In this document: one piece after another, positions 1-9,500 of the stretch
How the letters are laid out: each line of letters opens with the position of its first letter
Numbering within the stretch: the stretch's first letter is position 1
Origin: an uncultured Bacilli bacterium
GTDB lineage: Bacteria; Bacillota_I; Bacilli_A; RF39; UBA660
Length of the DNA stretch: 61,151 nucleotides
Direction of reading: 5' to 3'
Assembly (NCBI GenBank): GCA_944359065.1
Contig: CALVSP010000003.1
Coordinates: forward strand, 1-61,151
Notes under the pieces: generated by a model
Seen by the model: the letters and a program-made list of their open reading frames with translations, nothing else
Told to the model about the DNA's origin: nothing
Database searches by the model: none
Translations under genes and position numbers: made by a program

Positions 1-104
1 TCAATCATCTTAGGATAATTAACAATAACATCTAATATTTTTTGATTTAATATTTGTTTTTTTAAAACTTCTTTAACAGTTTCTACTTCTGGCAATTCAG
101 GCAT
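1..104 (-). CDS. mutM: Formamidopyrimidine-DNA glycosylase, 5' part (runs off the window start)
   Basis: Manual translation from ATG at 104 gives MPELPEVETVKEVLKKQIL, the Fpg N-terminal signature; GGAGGA Shine-Dalgarno (SD) upstream; not in the ORF track. Confidence 0.93.
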   Translation of the reverse strand, partial: MPELPEVETVKEVLKKQILNQKILDVIVNYPKMI

Positions 105-775
105 AATTCCTCCAATTGATAATCTTTGTCAATTATTTTATCAATATTATTAATTAAATTATGATCTACTTTACTAAAATATAATCTTACTTTTAATTTA
201 TCAGATTTTAAATTAAGTTTATCACTTAATATTTTACCCATATTGATTAATTTTAAATCAGGTCTAATTTTATTTATTTCATCTGTCAATATTGGATAAT
301 GAGTGCAGCCTAAAACTAAATTAACATTAAATGGAATATTATTTAAATATTCTTTTAATGGCTTAGTTGTATCTTGATTAGATTCTATTAAAGGTACTAA
401 CAAAGGACATTCAATAGAATTATTAAATATTTTACTTTTACAAGTCATTGGTGTGGCAATAGTAAAATAATTTTTATCTTTTAAATAATCTAAAGTTGGA
501 CTAATAATATCATATATCGGAATATCATATTTGTTTTTTAAAAAATCATAAATGTTAGAGCTAACTGTACCACAAGCTATTATAATCATATCAACATCTT
601 TAGATAATAAAAATTCAATTATTTTAGATGATAATATTTGTAGCTCATATTTACTTTTATTTCCATAAGGAATATTTATGTTATCACCATAATAATAATA
701 TTCATTTTTATATTTAAGTAATTCTTTTAATACTGTTAATCCACCAACACCTGAATCAAATACTCCTATTTTCAT
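83..775 (-). CDS. murI: Glutamate racemase
   Basis: IGVFDSGVGGLTV, IACGT and LGCTHYP motifs. Confidence 0.96.
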   Translation of the reverse strand: MKIGVFDSGVGGLTVLKELLKYKNEYYYYGDNINIPYGNKSKYELQILSSKIIEFLLSKDVDMIIIACGTVSSNIYDFLKNKYDIPIYDIISPTLDYLKDKNYFTIATPMTCKSKIFNNSIECPLLVPLIESNQDTTKPLKEYLNNIPFNVNLVLGCTHYPILTDEINKIRPDLKLINMGKILSDKLNLKSDKLKVRLYFSKVDHNLINNIDKIIDKDYQLEELCLNCQK

Positions 776-816
776 TTTTACACCTCTTAATACTAAATTT
801 ATGCAATTAGAAAAAA

Positions 817-2094
817 TTAACTAATGTTAATCTTTTCTTTACCACCCATATAAGGTTGTAAAACTTTAGGTATTTTAATACTACCATCTTTTTGGTAATT
901 ATTTTCTAATACAGCTATTAACCCACGAGGAGTCGCTAATACCGTATTATTTAATGTATGTAGATAATAAGTTTCTTTATCATTTTTAGTTCTAATACCT
1001 AATCTTCTTGCTTGAGCATCTCCTAAAGTTGAACAAGAACCAACTTCAAAATATTTTTTTTGTCTTGGACTCCATGCTTCAACATCGCATGATTTAACTT
1101 TTAAATCTGCTAAATCACCCGAACAACATTCCAAAGTTCTAACAGGAACATCTAAACTTCTAAAGAATTCAACAGTATAAGACCACATTTTATTATACCA
1201 TTCCATTGATTCTTCGGGCTTACATAAAACGACCATCTCTTGTTTTTCAAATTGATGTACTCTATACACGCCTCTTTCTTCTATACCATGTGAACCTACT
1301 TCTTTTCTAAAACATGGAGAATAACTAGTTAATGTAATTGGTAATTCTTTTTCCTTAACTATTTGATTTTTAAATCTACCTATCATTGAATGTTCTGAAG
1401 TACCTATTAAATATAAATCTTCATTTTCAATTTTATACATCATTGCATCCATTTCTTCAAATGACATAACACCATTTACAACATCACTTCTAATCATAAA
1501 AGGTGGTATACAATAAATAAATCCTTTATTTATCATAAAATCTCTTGCATATGATAACATTGCTGAATGAAGACGAGCTATATCACCTATTAGATAATAA
1601 AATCCGTTACCACTTGTTCTACCTGATGATTCTTTATCTAAGCAACTTCCCATTATATCAGCATGATATGGTATTTCATAATCTGGAACAATTGGTTCAC
1701 CAAATTTTTCTATTTCAACATTTTCAGTATCATCCTTACCAATAGGTACAGAATCATCAATAATATTTGGTATTACCATCATTTTTTCTTTTATTTGTTG
1801 TTCTAATAATAATTCTTTTTCTTCTAATTCTTTTATCTCATTAGCATAATTACTAATTTCTTCTTTTATTTTATTTGCTTCATCTTTTTTACCATCTTTC
1901 ATCAATAACCCAATTTCAGAGCTTTTTTTATTTTTTAATGCTCTTAAATTATCTCCTTTTAATTTACATTCTCTAAATTGTTTATCAAGTTCAATGACTT
2001 CGTCAACAATTGCTAATTTCTTATCTTGAAATTTTTTCTTAATATTTTCCTTAACTAGTTCACTATTTTCTCTTATTAATTTAATATCGATCAT
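817..2094 (-). CDS. serS: Seryl-tRNA synthetase
   Basis: N-terminal coiled coil; LIGTSEH, CFRKE...RVHQFEKQE, LNNT class II motifs. Confidence 0.97.
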   Translation of the reverse strand: MIDIKLIRENSELVKENIKKKFQDKKLAIVDEVIELDKQFRECKLKGDNLRALKNKKSSEIGLLMKDGKKDEANKIKEEISNYANEIKELEEKELLLEQQIKEKMMVIPNIIDDSVPIGKDDTENVEIEKFGEPIVPDYEIPYHADIMGSCLDKESSGRTSGNGFYYLIGDIARLHSAMLSYARDFMINKGFIYCIPPFMIRSDVVNGVMSFEEMDAMMYKIENEDLYLIGTSEHSMIGRFKNQIVKEKELPITLTSYSPCFRKEVGSHGIEERGVYRVHQFEKQEMVVLCKPEESMEWYNKMWSYTVEFFRSLDVPVRTLECCSGDLADLKVKSCDVEAWSPRQKKYFEVGSCSTLGDAQARRLGIRTKNDKETYYLHTLNNTVLATPRGLIAVLENNYQKDGSIKIPKVLQPYMGGKEKINIS

Positions 2095-2104
2095 AATATC
2101 TTCC

Positions 2105-2310
2105 TTCCTAAAAATAAAAAGACCATTTCATTAGGAGTATATAAAATACGGTACCATCCTAAAATAGTCTTAATTAAGAGATAACGGTTTTACCCGGAAA
2201 TGTTTACATTTCACTAAAGGAGTAGATTTCATAAATAATTATTATTAGTTTCCATCATCCACTAACTTTCTATTAAATAATTAATTTACTACTTAGTTCC
2301 TTTTTTGTTT
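2105..2310 (-). promoter_or_regulatory. T-box riboswitch leader of serS
   Basis: Minus strand has T-box AGGATGGTACCGTAT, CCGTTA F-box, and a stem I with TCT/TCC Ser specifier candidates; TTGACA/TAAAAT promoter at about 2320-2348; boundaries approximate. Confidence 0.85.
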
Positions 2311-2348
2311 TGCAACTAAATTTTAACATTTTTAATTAATACTGTCAA

Positions 2349-3497
2349 CTATTGATATTTTTTAAACAATTGAAAAGCTTCTTCTTTAAAATCAGTTAAA
2401 CTATCAATAGAAGTTTGTTGTGCATTTAATTGTTCTTGTTGTGATTTTATTTGACTTTTTTGTTCACTTATTTTTTTATCTTTTTCGGCAATAATTTGTT
2501 CTTGTTCCTGCAATTTTTGCTGTGCCGCCAACAATTCTTCTTTTAATTTTTTTAATTCTTCTAAATCAGACTGCATATCTGGTTTGCTTGATTTTTGAAC
2601 AGACATATTATAAGCTTCTACTAATTCAGAACAAGTTTGATCAAAAGAACAATCAACATTAACTTTTCTTCCTTTTGAAATTGCTAAAATTAATTTTGAA
2701 ATAAAATTCTGAACATTTAAATCTTTTTCATATGATAACATTAATTTTTTTAAATTATAAATAAAATCACTACTTAATATTAAATGACTATTGTTTCGTT
2801 TAGCCAAATCTGATAAATTTTGAACTATTTCTAATTTATCAGCATTTTTTAAATAATTGTAAGAATTTATGTTTTTTTTACCAACACAATTAACCATCAT
2901 TATTTGTTGATTTTCTATTAAATCTCTTAAAATTTTATTATTTTCTTTACCATCTTGTGAGCTAATTATTGAAGATGGACTATAAAAGTACTCGCCATCT
3001 ACCCTCTTTAATCCTAAAAAAGACATTTCACTTTTTCCATCATCAAAAGCAATATAATATTGGCAACCATAGTTATTTCTTTCACCATTTAAATATGCCC
3101 TAGGCAATGAATACTCAGATACAAAATATATATCATTTATATCACATCTTAAGATTGTTTCAAATGAAGCTATTTTTTCTTTTATGTAAGGAGAAAAAAT
3201 ATCAGAATATGCTATTTCACCTCTTACAATTTTTTGATATATAGCTGTATATCTTGTGATTAATTCTTCTAACATATCTAAAGGTCTAGTGGCAGTTAAA
3301 ATTTTACTATTTTTTAAAATCCCTATATCTATTCCCAATAAATGTGGTATATTTTGTGGTTTAAACATAAATTCTAGAACTTGGCCATTTGATAAATATA
3401 ATTTATTTTCATTATATCTATATGGTGTAGTCTTATATAATTTAACAGCTTCTTCTAATTTTATAATTATTTGTTCAAATTCATATTTATTTGGCAT
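2349..3497 (-). CDS. PBECR4-like (barnase/EndoU/colicin/RelE superfamily) nuclease-domain protein with C-terminal coiled coil
   Basis: FMFKPQNIPHLLGI resembles the F-x(3-4)-N-x-x-HLLG motif; Q/E/K-rich heptad tail; family call from motif memory only. Confidence 0.55.
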   Translation of the reverse strand: MPNKYEFEQIIIKLEEAVKLYKTTPYRYNENKLYLSNGQVLEFMFKPQNIPHLLGIDIGILKNSKILTATRPLDMLEELITRYTAIYQKIVRGEIAYSDIFSPYIKEKIASFETILRCDINDIYFVSEYSLPRAYLNGERNNYGCQYYIAFDDGKSEMSFLGLKRVDGEYFYSPSSIISSQDGKENNKILRDLIENQQIMMVNCVGKKNINSYNYLKNADKLEIVQNLSDLAKRNNSHLILSSDFIYNLKKLMLSYEKDLNVQNFISKLILAISKGRKVNVDCSFDQTCSELVEAYNMSVQKSSKPDMQSDLEELKKLKEELLAAQQKLQEQEQIIAEKDKKISEQKSQIKSQQEQLNAQQTSIDSLTDFKEEAFQLFKKYQ

Positions 3498-3552
3498 AAT
3501 AAATCCCCCTTTTTTATGCCAAATATCATACCATATTTTTTAAATTTGTCAA
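3488..3552 (-). promoter_or_regulatory. sigmaA promoter plus a 12-bp perfect inverted repeat spanning the start codon of the PBECR4-like gene
   Basis: TTGACA-16-TATGAT (TG-extended); TATTTGGCATAA (3488-3499) and TTATGCCAAATA (3514-3525). Confidence 0.7.
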
Positions 3553-4403
3553 ATTTTTGGTTCCATATGAATAAACACATATTTTATTCGTGAATCTTTT
3601 TCTTTTAACTTATCTTCAATATTATCTATAACTTTATGAGCATCAGTTAATAATAAATCCTTCATTATAATATTTGAAACCAATTTATAATATGGTCCAT
3701 ACCTTAAAATATATAAATCTTTTATTTCTAATACTTCATCAAATGATTTTATAATATTTTTTATTTCTTTTATATATTTTTTATCCAAGACTTGTTCTTC
3801 TAATAAAATACCTATATTATCTTGTAAGATATTAAATCCTGTTTTAATAATAAATAATGCTATTATTATCGTACTTATTGTATCAGCATATTTTAATATA
3901 CTAAATTCAGTAGAAAACTGCATTAATATAATTGACAGTAACACAAATATGGAACTATATACATCAGCTCTACTTTCTTTTCCTGATGCTGTTAAAATAT
4001 TGTTATCATACAAAACACCTTTTTTATAAATATAATTAGATAGTAATAATTTTGATATTATAGTAAATAAACTTACTAATACCATCAATAAATTAGGAAT
4101 TATTATTTCTTTATTAAATATATTATAAATTAATGTTAAACCTAATATAATGATTACTGCACCTATTATCATACTAGTAATGTATTCTGTTTTTCCATGA
4201 CCGAATGGATGTTTTTTATCAGCTGGTTTTAATGATAAATGATTACCAAATATTGCTACTAAGTCGGTAGATAAATCACTTAAAGAATGAATTCCATCAG
4301 CTACTAAAGCATTACATTTACCAATAAAACCAAATAATATTTTAATAATAGATAAAAAGATATTGGTTATGGAACTAACCAATAAAACTTTTGTTATTTT
4401 CAA
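3549..4403 (-). CDS. Cation diffusion facilitator (CDF) family transporter
   Basis: ALVADGIHSLSD, HPFGHGKTE, terminal IHMEP; likely TTG start at 4403 after AGGTGA (track start 4454 overlaps polA). Confidence 0.92.
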   Translation of the reverse strand: MKITKVLLVSSITNIFLSIIKILFGFIGKCNALVADGIHSLSDLSTDLVAIFGNHLSLKPADKKHPFGHGKTEYITSMIIGAVIIILGLTLIYNIFNKEIIIPNLLMVLVSLFTIISKLLLSNYIYKKGVLYDNNILTASGKESRADVYSSIFVLLSIILMQFSTEFSILKYADTISTIIIALFIIKTGFNILQDNIGILLEEQVLDKKYIKEIKNIIKSFDEVLEIKDLYILRYGPYYKLVSNIIMKDLLLTDAHKVIDNIEDKLKEKDSRIKYVFIHMEPKI

Positions 4404-4413
4404 AATTATCACC

Positions 4414-6948
4414 TTATTTCGCTTCGTACCAGTTATTGCCATATTCAATGTCAATTTTAAGTGGTACTTTTAATTTTATCACATTCTCCATAACATCTTT
4501 CATAATTTTAGTTACGGTTTCTTGTTCTTCTTTTAAACAATCAAAAACTAATTCATCATGAACTTGAATAATCATTTTTGATTTTAAATTATTTTCTTTT
4601 AATTTTTTATGAATTAAAACCATCGCTTTTTTTATTATATCCGCACTAGTTCCTTGAATTGGTGTATTTAAAGCCATTCGTTCGCCTGATTGTCTAATCA
4701 TATAGTTGGTATTTTTTAATTCATCGATTATTCTTTTGCGATTAAACATTGTTTTAGCATATCCACATTCATAGGCTTTTTTAATTGTGTTATCCATATA
4801 TTCTTTAATGCCAGGATAAGTTTTTAAATATTCGTCGATAAATTGTTTAGCATCTTTATTTGATATATTTAAGTTTTCTGATAAGCCAAAACTACTAATA
4901 CCATAAATAATACCAAAGTTAACTGCTTTAGCAATTCTTCGCATTTCTTTAGTAACTACATCAGTTTTAAAAATATCAGAAGCAGTTTTACTGTGGATAT
5001 CTAAATCATTATTAAATGCTTCGATTAGTGCTGGAACATTGGCCATATGGGCTAAAATACGTAATTCTATTTGTGAATAATCGCCACTAATAATAACGGA
5101 ATTAGGTGATGGTATAAATGCTTTTCTTATTAATCTGCCATATTCTGTTCGAATCGGAATATTTTGTAAATTAGGTTCGATACTAGATAATCTACCGGTC
5201 CTTGTTAATGTTTGCGTATAAATAGTATGAATTTTACCATCTTTAATTGTACTGATTAATCCTTCAACATAAGTTGTATATAATTTATTTAACATGCGAT
5301 ATTCCAATATTTTTTCAATTATTGGATGTTTATTAACCAACTTATTTAAAACATCGACAGCAGTCGAATAACCTGTTTTACCTTTTTTACCGTGTGGTAA
5401 GTTTAATCTTTCAAATAGTACTTCTCCTAATTGTTGTGGAGAAGAAATATTAAATGAAGTACCAGCTAAGTTATAAATTTCTTTACTCAATATTTCTAAT
5501 TTAATTTTAATTTCATTACCCATTTCATTTAAAATATCTTTATCAACTACAACACCATCGTATTCCATATCACCTAAAACATAAGTTAAAGGAATTTCGA
5601 TTTCCTTATATAGTTCATCCATATCTTCTTCTTTTATTTTATTTAATAATTCATCTTTTATTTCATAGATAAACTTTGCTTTATTAACGACTATTTTTGA
5701 TATATCTTCTTGTTTTAAAACATTTTCATAAAAAGGAATACTATAATTAAATTGATTAGCTAAATAAGCAATATCATCCTTCGTATTATATTCTAATAAA
5801 GACGCTGCTATCATTAAATCATTTTTTATATTTGGTATTTCAATGTTTTTATATTTTAATGAAACGTAAAGTTTTTTTAAATCATATGTAAATACATTTA
5901 TATTTTTTAGAAAATCTAAATTAGTTATATTTTTTACATAATAAGCGACATCTTTATTATATATTCCTATACCTATAATATTAGAATTGTGGTAATTTGT
6001 GCCATCTAATTCTATATAAATTGCACAATCTTTAGTAATTTTTATTTTACTTACATCATCGATAATCGTTATATTTATATCTTCTTCTTGTTTCTTTTCT
6101 TTTTTTAAAAATGAATAAAATTCTAATTCTTCATAGATACTATTTAATTTATCGGTACTACCTAAATATTTTAATTCGTCAACATTTATATCAATTGGAA
6201 CATTTTTATAGATAGTTGCTATCTCATAACTCATATAAGCATTATCTTTATCTGTTTTTAATTTTTCTTTTGTTTTTCCTTTTATTTCATCAATATGTTC
6301 ATATATACCATCTAATGTTTTATATTCTTGTAATAGTTTTAAAGCCGTTTTTTCCCCTATTCCTTTAACGCCAGGGATATTGTCTGATGCATCGCCCATT
6401 AATGCTTTTAAATCGATAATATTAATTGGTTTAATACCATATTCTTTTGTGAAGGTATCTTCATTATATCTTATGTAATCTTTTTGTTTTAGTAATTTTA
6501 TATCGATATCGTTACTTATCAATTGTAATAAATCTTTATCACTACTAATTATTGTACCGATAAAATTAGGATCTTTATTACAATATTCAGCAAATGTTCC
6601 AATTATATCATCTGCTTCATAATTATCTATTTCATAATATTTAATTCCCATTGCATTTAATAATTCTTTGGCTTTAGGAAATTGTAATTTTAATTCATTA
6701 GGTGTTTCAATTCTTCCTTGTTTATAAAAATCGTATTTGTCGTGTCTAAATGTTTTTCCTTTATCAAATGCAACCATTATATAAGTTGGTTTTTCTTCCT
6801 CAATTATTTTATGCATCATATTAGCAAATCCAAATAAAGCATTAGTCGGAAAACCTTTGCTATTTTTCATAAAATTACCATTATAGGCAGTGGCATAATA
6901 ACTTCTAAACAATAAATTATTACCATCAACTAATATTATCTTTTCCAT
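4414..6948 (-). CDS. polA: DNA polymerase I
   Basis: 5'-3' exonuclease (LVDGNNLLFR, EADD, GDASDNIPGV); polymerase motifs DYSQIELR, KAVNFGIIYG, QVHDEL. Confidence 0.98.
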   Translation of the reverse strand: MEKIILVDGNNLLFRSYYATAYNGNFMKNSKGFPTNALFGFANMMHKIIEEEKPTYIMVAFDKGKTFRHDKYDFYKQGRIETPNELKLQFPKAKELLNAMGIKYYEIDNYEADDIIGTFAEYCNKDPNFIGTIISSDKDLLQLISNDIDIKLLKQKDYIRYNEDTFTKEYGIKPINIIDLKALMGDASDNIPGVKGIGEKTALKLLQEYKTLDGIYEHIDEIKGKTKEKLKTDKDNAYMSYEIATIYKNVPIDINVDELKYLGSTDKLNSIYEELEFYSFLKKEKKQEEDINITIIDDVSKIKITKDCAIYIELDGTNYHNSNIIGIGIYNKDVAYYVKNITNLDFLKNINVFTYDLKKLYVSLKYKNIEIPNIKNDLMIAASLLEYNTKDDIAYLANQFNYSIPFYENVLKQEDISKIVVNKAKFIYEIKDELLNKIKEEDMDELYKEIEIPLTYVLGDMEYDGVVVDKDILNEMGNEIKIKLEILSKEIYNLAGTSFNISSPQQLGEVLFERLNLPHGKKGKTGYSTAVDVLNKLVNKHPIIEKILEYRMLNKLYTTYVEGLISTIKDGKIHTIYTQTLTRTGRLSSIEPNLQNIPIRTEYGRLIRKAFIPSPNSVIISGDYSQIELRILAHMANVPALIEAFNNDLDIHSKTASDIFKTDVVTKEMRRIAKAVNFGIIYGISSFGLSENLNISNKDAKQFIDEYLKTYPGIKEYMDNTIKKAYECGYAKTMFNRKRIIDELKNTNYMIRQSGERMALNTPIQGTSADIIKKAMVLIHKKLKENNLKSKMIIQVHDELVFDCLKEEQETVTKIMKDVMENVIKLKVPLKIDIEYGNNWYEAK

Positions 6949-7059
6949 AACTTTTCACCTTTAAATATTATATCATAGATATTAAAATATCACACTATCT
7001 TTTTTGTATAGAATATGATATATTATTAGTGACTTAAAATATTCTAGAAAGAAGTATAT

Positions 7060-7568
7060 ATGAAAAAGTTATTATTGATTGCTTTATGTTGTTTATGTTT
7101 GATCGGATGTAGTTCTAATACTGAAACACCAGATAATCAAAACAATGATTCAACAAATCAAAATAATTCATCAATTAATGAAGATTCAACTGTTCAGTTA
7201 ATAAACCTTTTAAATTTGATGATTTAGAAATTACTATTAGTGACAAATATAGTTTTGATACTATTGATAATGAATTTTCTGAATACGACAATCAAACTGT
7301 AATAAAATTACCAGTTACAATAAAAAATTTAAAAGATGAAACACATAGTTTAAATATGTTTTATTATAGTTTTTTTTGTTCTAAAGGAACTGAATTAGAT
7401 TCTATTTCATCATATTTTGATGACAGTGTTGACTTTGCTGGAGATTTAAGACAAAATGCGTTATATGATAAATATTTTTATTTATTATATGATGGCGATG
7501 GTACTTATACAATCGAGTTTGATGATTGGAGTAATAAAATATCTATCGATATTGAAATTAAAAAATAA
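7060..7568 (+). pseudogene. Lipoprotein split by a 1-bp frameshift near 7200
   Basis: ATG 7060 MKKLLLIALCCLCLIGC (lipobox) stops at TAG 7225-7227; the frame from 7200 (NKPFKFDDLEITISD...) is open and joins ORF 7356-7568. Confidence 0.75.
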
Positions 7569-7586
7569 CTTATTCTTATATAATTC

Positions 7587-7627
7587 AAAAAATAATGTTG
7601 ATTTTAAAATTTTCAACATTATTTTTA
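7587..7627. terminator. Bidirectional intrinsic terminator
   Basis: AAAAATAATGTTGA...TCAACATTATTTTT inverted repeat between convergent genes. Confidence 0.7.
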
Positions 7628-7657
7628 TTAATAATTTAACAATAAAATTATTCCATT

Positions 7658-8116
7658 TTATATCCGCAACTTATTAACTTTTTTTATTATTTGTTTTCCA
7701 CCATCTTTTTGCAAACATTCTAAAATGAAAGTTTCAATGATATTTTTTGTCTTCTCCAAAAAAACAAAATAATCAGATTTAACATCCCACCAAAAATTAT
7801 TTCCATATTCTAAATCAGGATATTTTATATGCTGAAATAACGAATAATTTTTAGTTATTAATTTTTTTGCTAATTTTTCTGAATTAATATCTTTAACCAT
7901 TTGTGAATTAGCATATATTATCATTTGTTCAACTAGTGCATTAAAAATATTTACATGATAAAAAAAATAATCATCTTTAAAATATTCAATAAACATTCTG
8001 GATATAGGAATCGTATTACCCTCATACTCAAATTTTCCCATAAAATCCAATTTAATAATACTTTGTTTTGAATCTGATTGACTAAAATTAATAAAATTTC
8101 CTTTTTGTAATAACAT
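7658..8116 (-). CDS. Hypothetical protein
   Basis: 152-aa ORF with AGGAG SD; no recognised motif. Confidence 0.7.
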   Translation of the reverse strand: MLLQKGNFINFSQSDSKQSIIKLDFMGKFEYEGNTIPISRMFIEYFKDDYFFYHVNIFNALVEQMIIYANSQMVKDINSEKLAKKLITKNYSLFQHIKYPDLEYGNNFWWDVKSDYFVFLEKTKNIIETFILECLQKDGGKQIIKKVNKLRI

Positions 8117-8171
8117 ATTTTCTCCTAATTATATAAAAAAAATGTTTATTTAAAACATTTAAAATCAAACT

Positions 8172-8248
8172 TGGTGGAGAATAGGGGATTCGAACCCCTG
8201 ACCCTCTGCGTGCAAGGCAGATGCTCTAGCCAGCTGAGCTAATTCCCC
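8172..8248 (-). tRNA. tRNA-Ala(TGC)
   Basis: GGGGAATTAGCTCAG...CTTGCAC...TTCGAATCCCCTATTCTCCACCA cloverleaf with G3:U70. Confidence 0.97.
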
Positions 8249-8306
8249 AAGCGCATTAATAATATAGCATATATTACTAATACTTGTCAAGAAAATATTG
8301 TAATTT

Positions 8307-8636
8307 TTAAGAAATTTTACTACCATTAGTAACCTTTTTATCGACATCAAGTAACACTACTCCATTTTTTTCTAAGGCGCCTAAAATTAATACTTCACTT
8401 TTAATTTCTGATACTTTTAAAGGTGGCAAATTAAAAACTGCTACTACTTGCTTATTTATTAAATCTTCTGTCTTATATAAATCAGTAATTTGGGCAGAAG
8501 AATTTTTAATTCCTAATGGACCAAAATCTATTTTCATTTTATAAGCTGGTACTCTCGTATTTTTATTAATGCTCGCTTCAATGATAGTACCTACTCGCAT
8601 ATCAATTTTTTTAAAATCTTCTAAAGTTATCATCAA
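8307..8636 (-). CDS. csaA: CsaA/Trbp111-family tRNA-binding OB-fold protein
   Basis: DFKKIDMRVGTI, IDFGPLGIKNSSAQIT, SEVLILGA. Confidence 0.9.
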   Translation of the reverse strand: MMITLEDFKKIDMRVGTIIEASINKNTRVPAYKMKIDFGPLGIKNSSAQITDLYKTEDLINKQVVAVFNLPPLKVSEIKSEVLILGALEKNGVVLLDVDKKVTNGSKIS

Positions 8637-8653
8637 TTATCCTCCTTAATAAA

Positions 8654-8729
8654 TGGTGCCCACGTTAGGAGTTGAACCTACAATCTTTCCCTTCGGAGGG
8701 GAATATTCTATCCATTGAACTACGTGGAC
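8654..8729 (-). tRNA. tRNA-Arg(CCG)
   Basis: Anticodon arm TTCCC-CTCCGAA-GGGAA; A20 and A73 Arg identity elements; encoded CCA; one G-A mismatch at the base of the T-stem. Confidence 0.92.
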
Positions 8730-8763
8730 ATATAAATATTATAACAAAATAACAATAAAAAAA

Positions 8764-9477
8764 CTAGTACTTTAATTTCTTACTAGCTTCTGCTACTGTT
8801 TTAATTTCATAGCCAAAATATTCACTTAACTTTGTTTGTAAACTTTGTAATATTATACTTGGATTTTCCATTAATTCTTTATCAGTTTCAAAATTTTTCA
8901 TATCTGGTAGTGTTCTTAAAAATTTAATTACTTGTCTAGTAAATAAATTTGTATAAATATTTACAAAAATTCGAAACATATTTTCTTTAAAAATTACTTC
9001 TTCCTCTGCATCACTTTTATAATAATTTATAGTATCAATAAGATAAAATCTACCTCTATTATACATCATATTTATATCGCACACATCTAATACGCTAACT
9101 CCATAATTAGAAAGTTTTTTAGTTGCTTCTACTAATTCATCAAAAGCTTTAATTAAAATTTTTAGTTGAACATTATATAATCCGTTTTCTAATGTTTTGC
9201 CAACTATATATGGCATTAATATACCAACTATTTCATCTTTTATATAAACTAGTGATTGGGCAAAAACATAATTTTTTATAGCGATATCTTTAAATTGTAA
9301 TAATTCTTCCTTAGTTTTTGGTTCATAAGCTACACCACATAAATGTTTCAAAACTAATCCATTAGGAGTTTTATAACAATATCCTTCAGTTCCAGCATCA
9401 ATAAACTCTAGTCTTTTTAAATATGTTTCTAATTTATCTTTAGTTTCAAAATGTAAATCTTCCATAGTATTCACCAA
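8764..9477 (-). CDS. Protein-kinase-like fold protein
   Basis: AGTEGYCYK glycine loop, VLK, GILMPYI hinge, LDVCDINMMY catalytic-loop-like, LIDT in place of DFG. Confidence 0.65.
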   Translation of the reverse strand: MVNTMEDLHFETKDKLETYLKRLEFIDAGTEGYCYKTPNGLVLKHLCGVAYEPKTKEELLQFKDIAIKNYVFAQSLVYIKDEIVGILMPYIVGKTLENGLYNVQLKILIKAFDELVEATKKLSNYGVSVLDVCDINMMYNRGRFYLIDTINYYKSDAEEEVIFKENMFRIFVNIYTNLFTRQVIKFLRTLPDMKNFETDKELMENPSIILQSLQTKLSEYFGYEIKTVAEASKKLKY

Positions 9478-9500
9478 GGAAATATAATAGCAAATTTATT

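Noticed and set aside
7456-7677. 73-aa ORF
   Set aside because: Alternate frame overlapping the lipoprotein and reading through a terminator
8165-8350. 61-aa ORF
   Set aside because: Runs through tRNA-Ala; spurious
8654-8729. CGG codon reassignment via the CCG tRNA
   Set aside because: The tRNA keeps the Arg identity elements A20 and A73; no evidence for reassignment in this window
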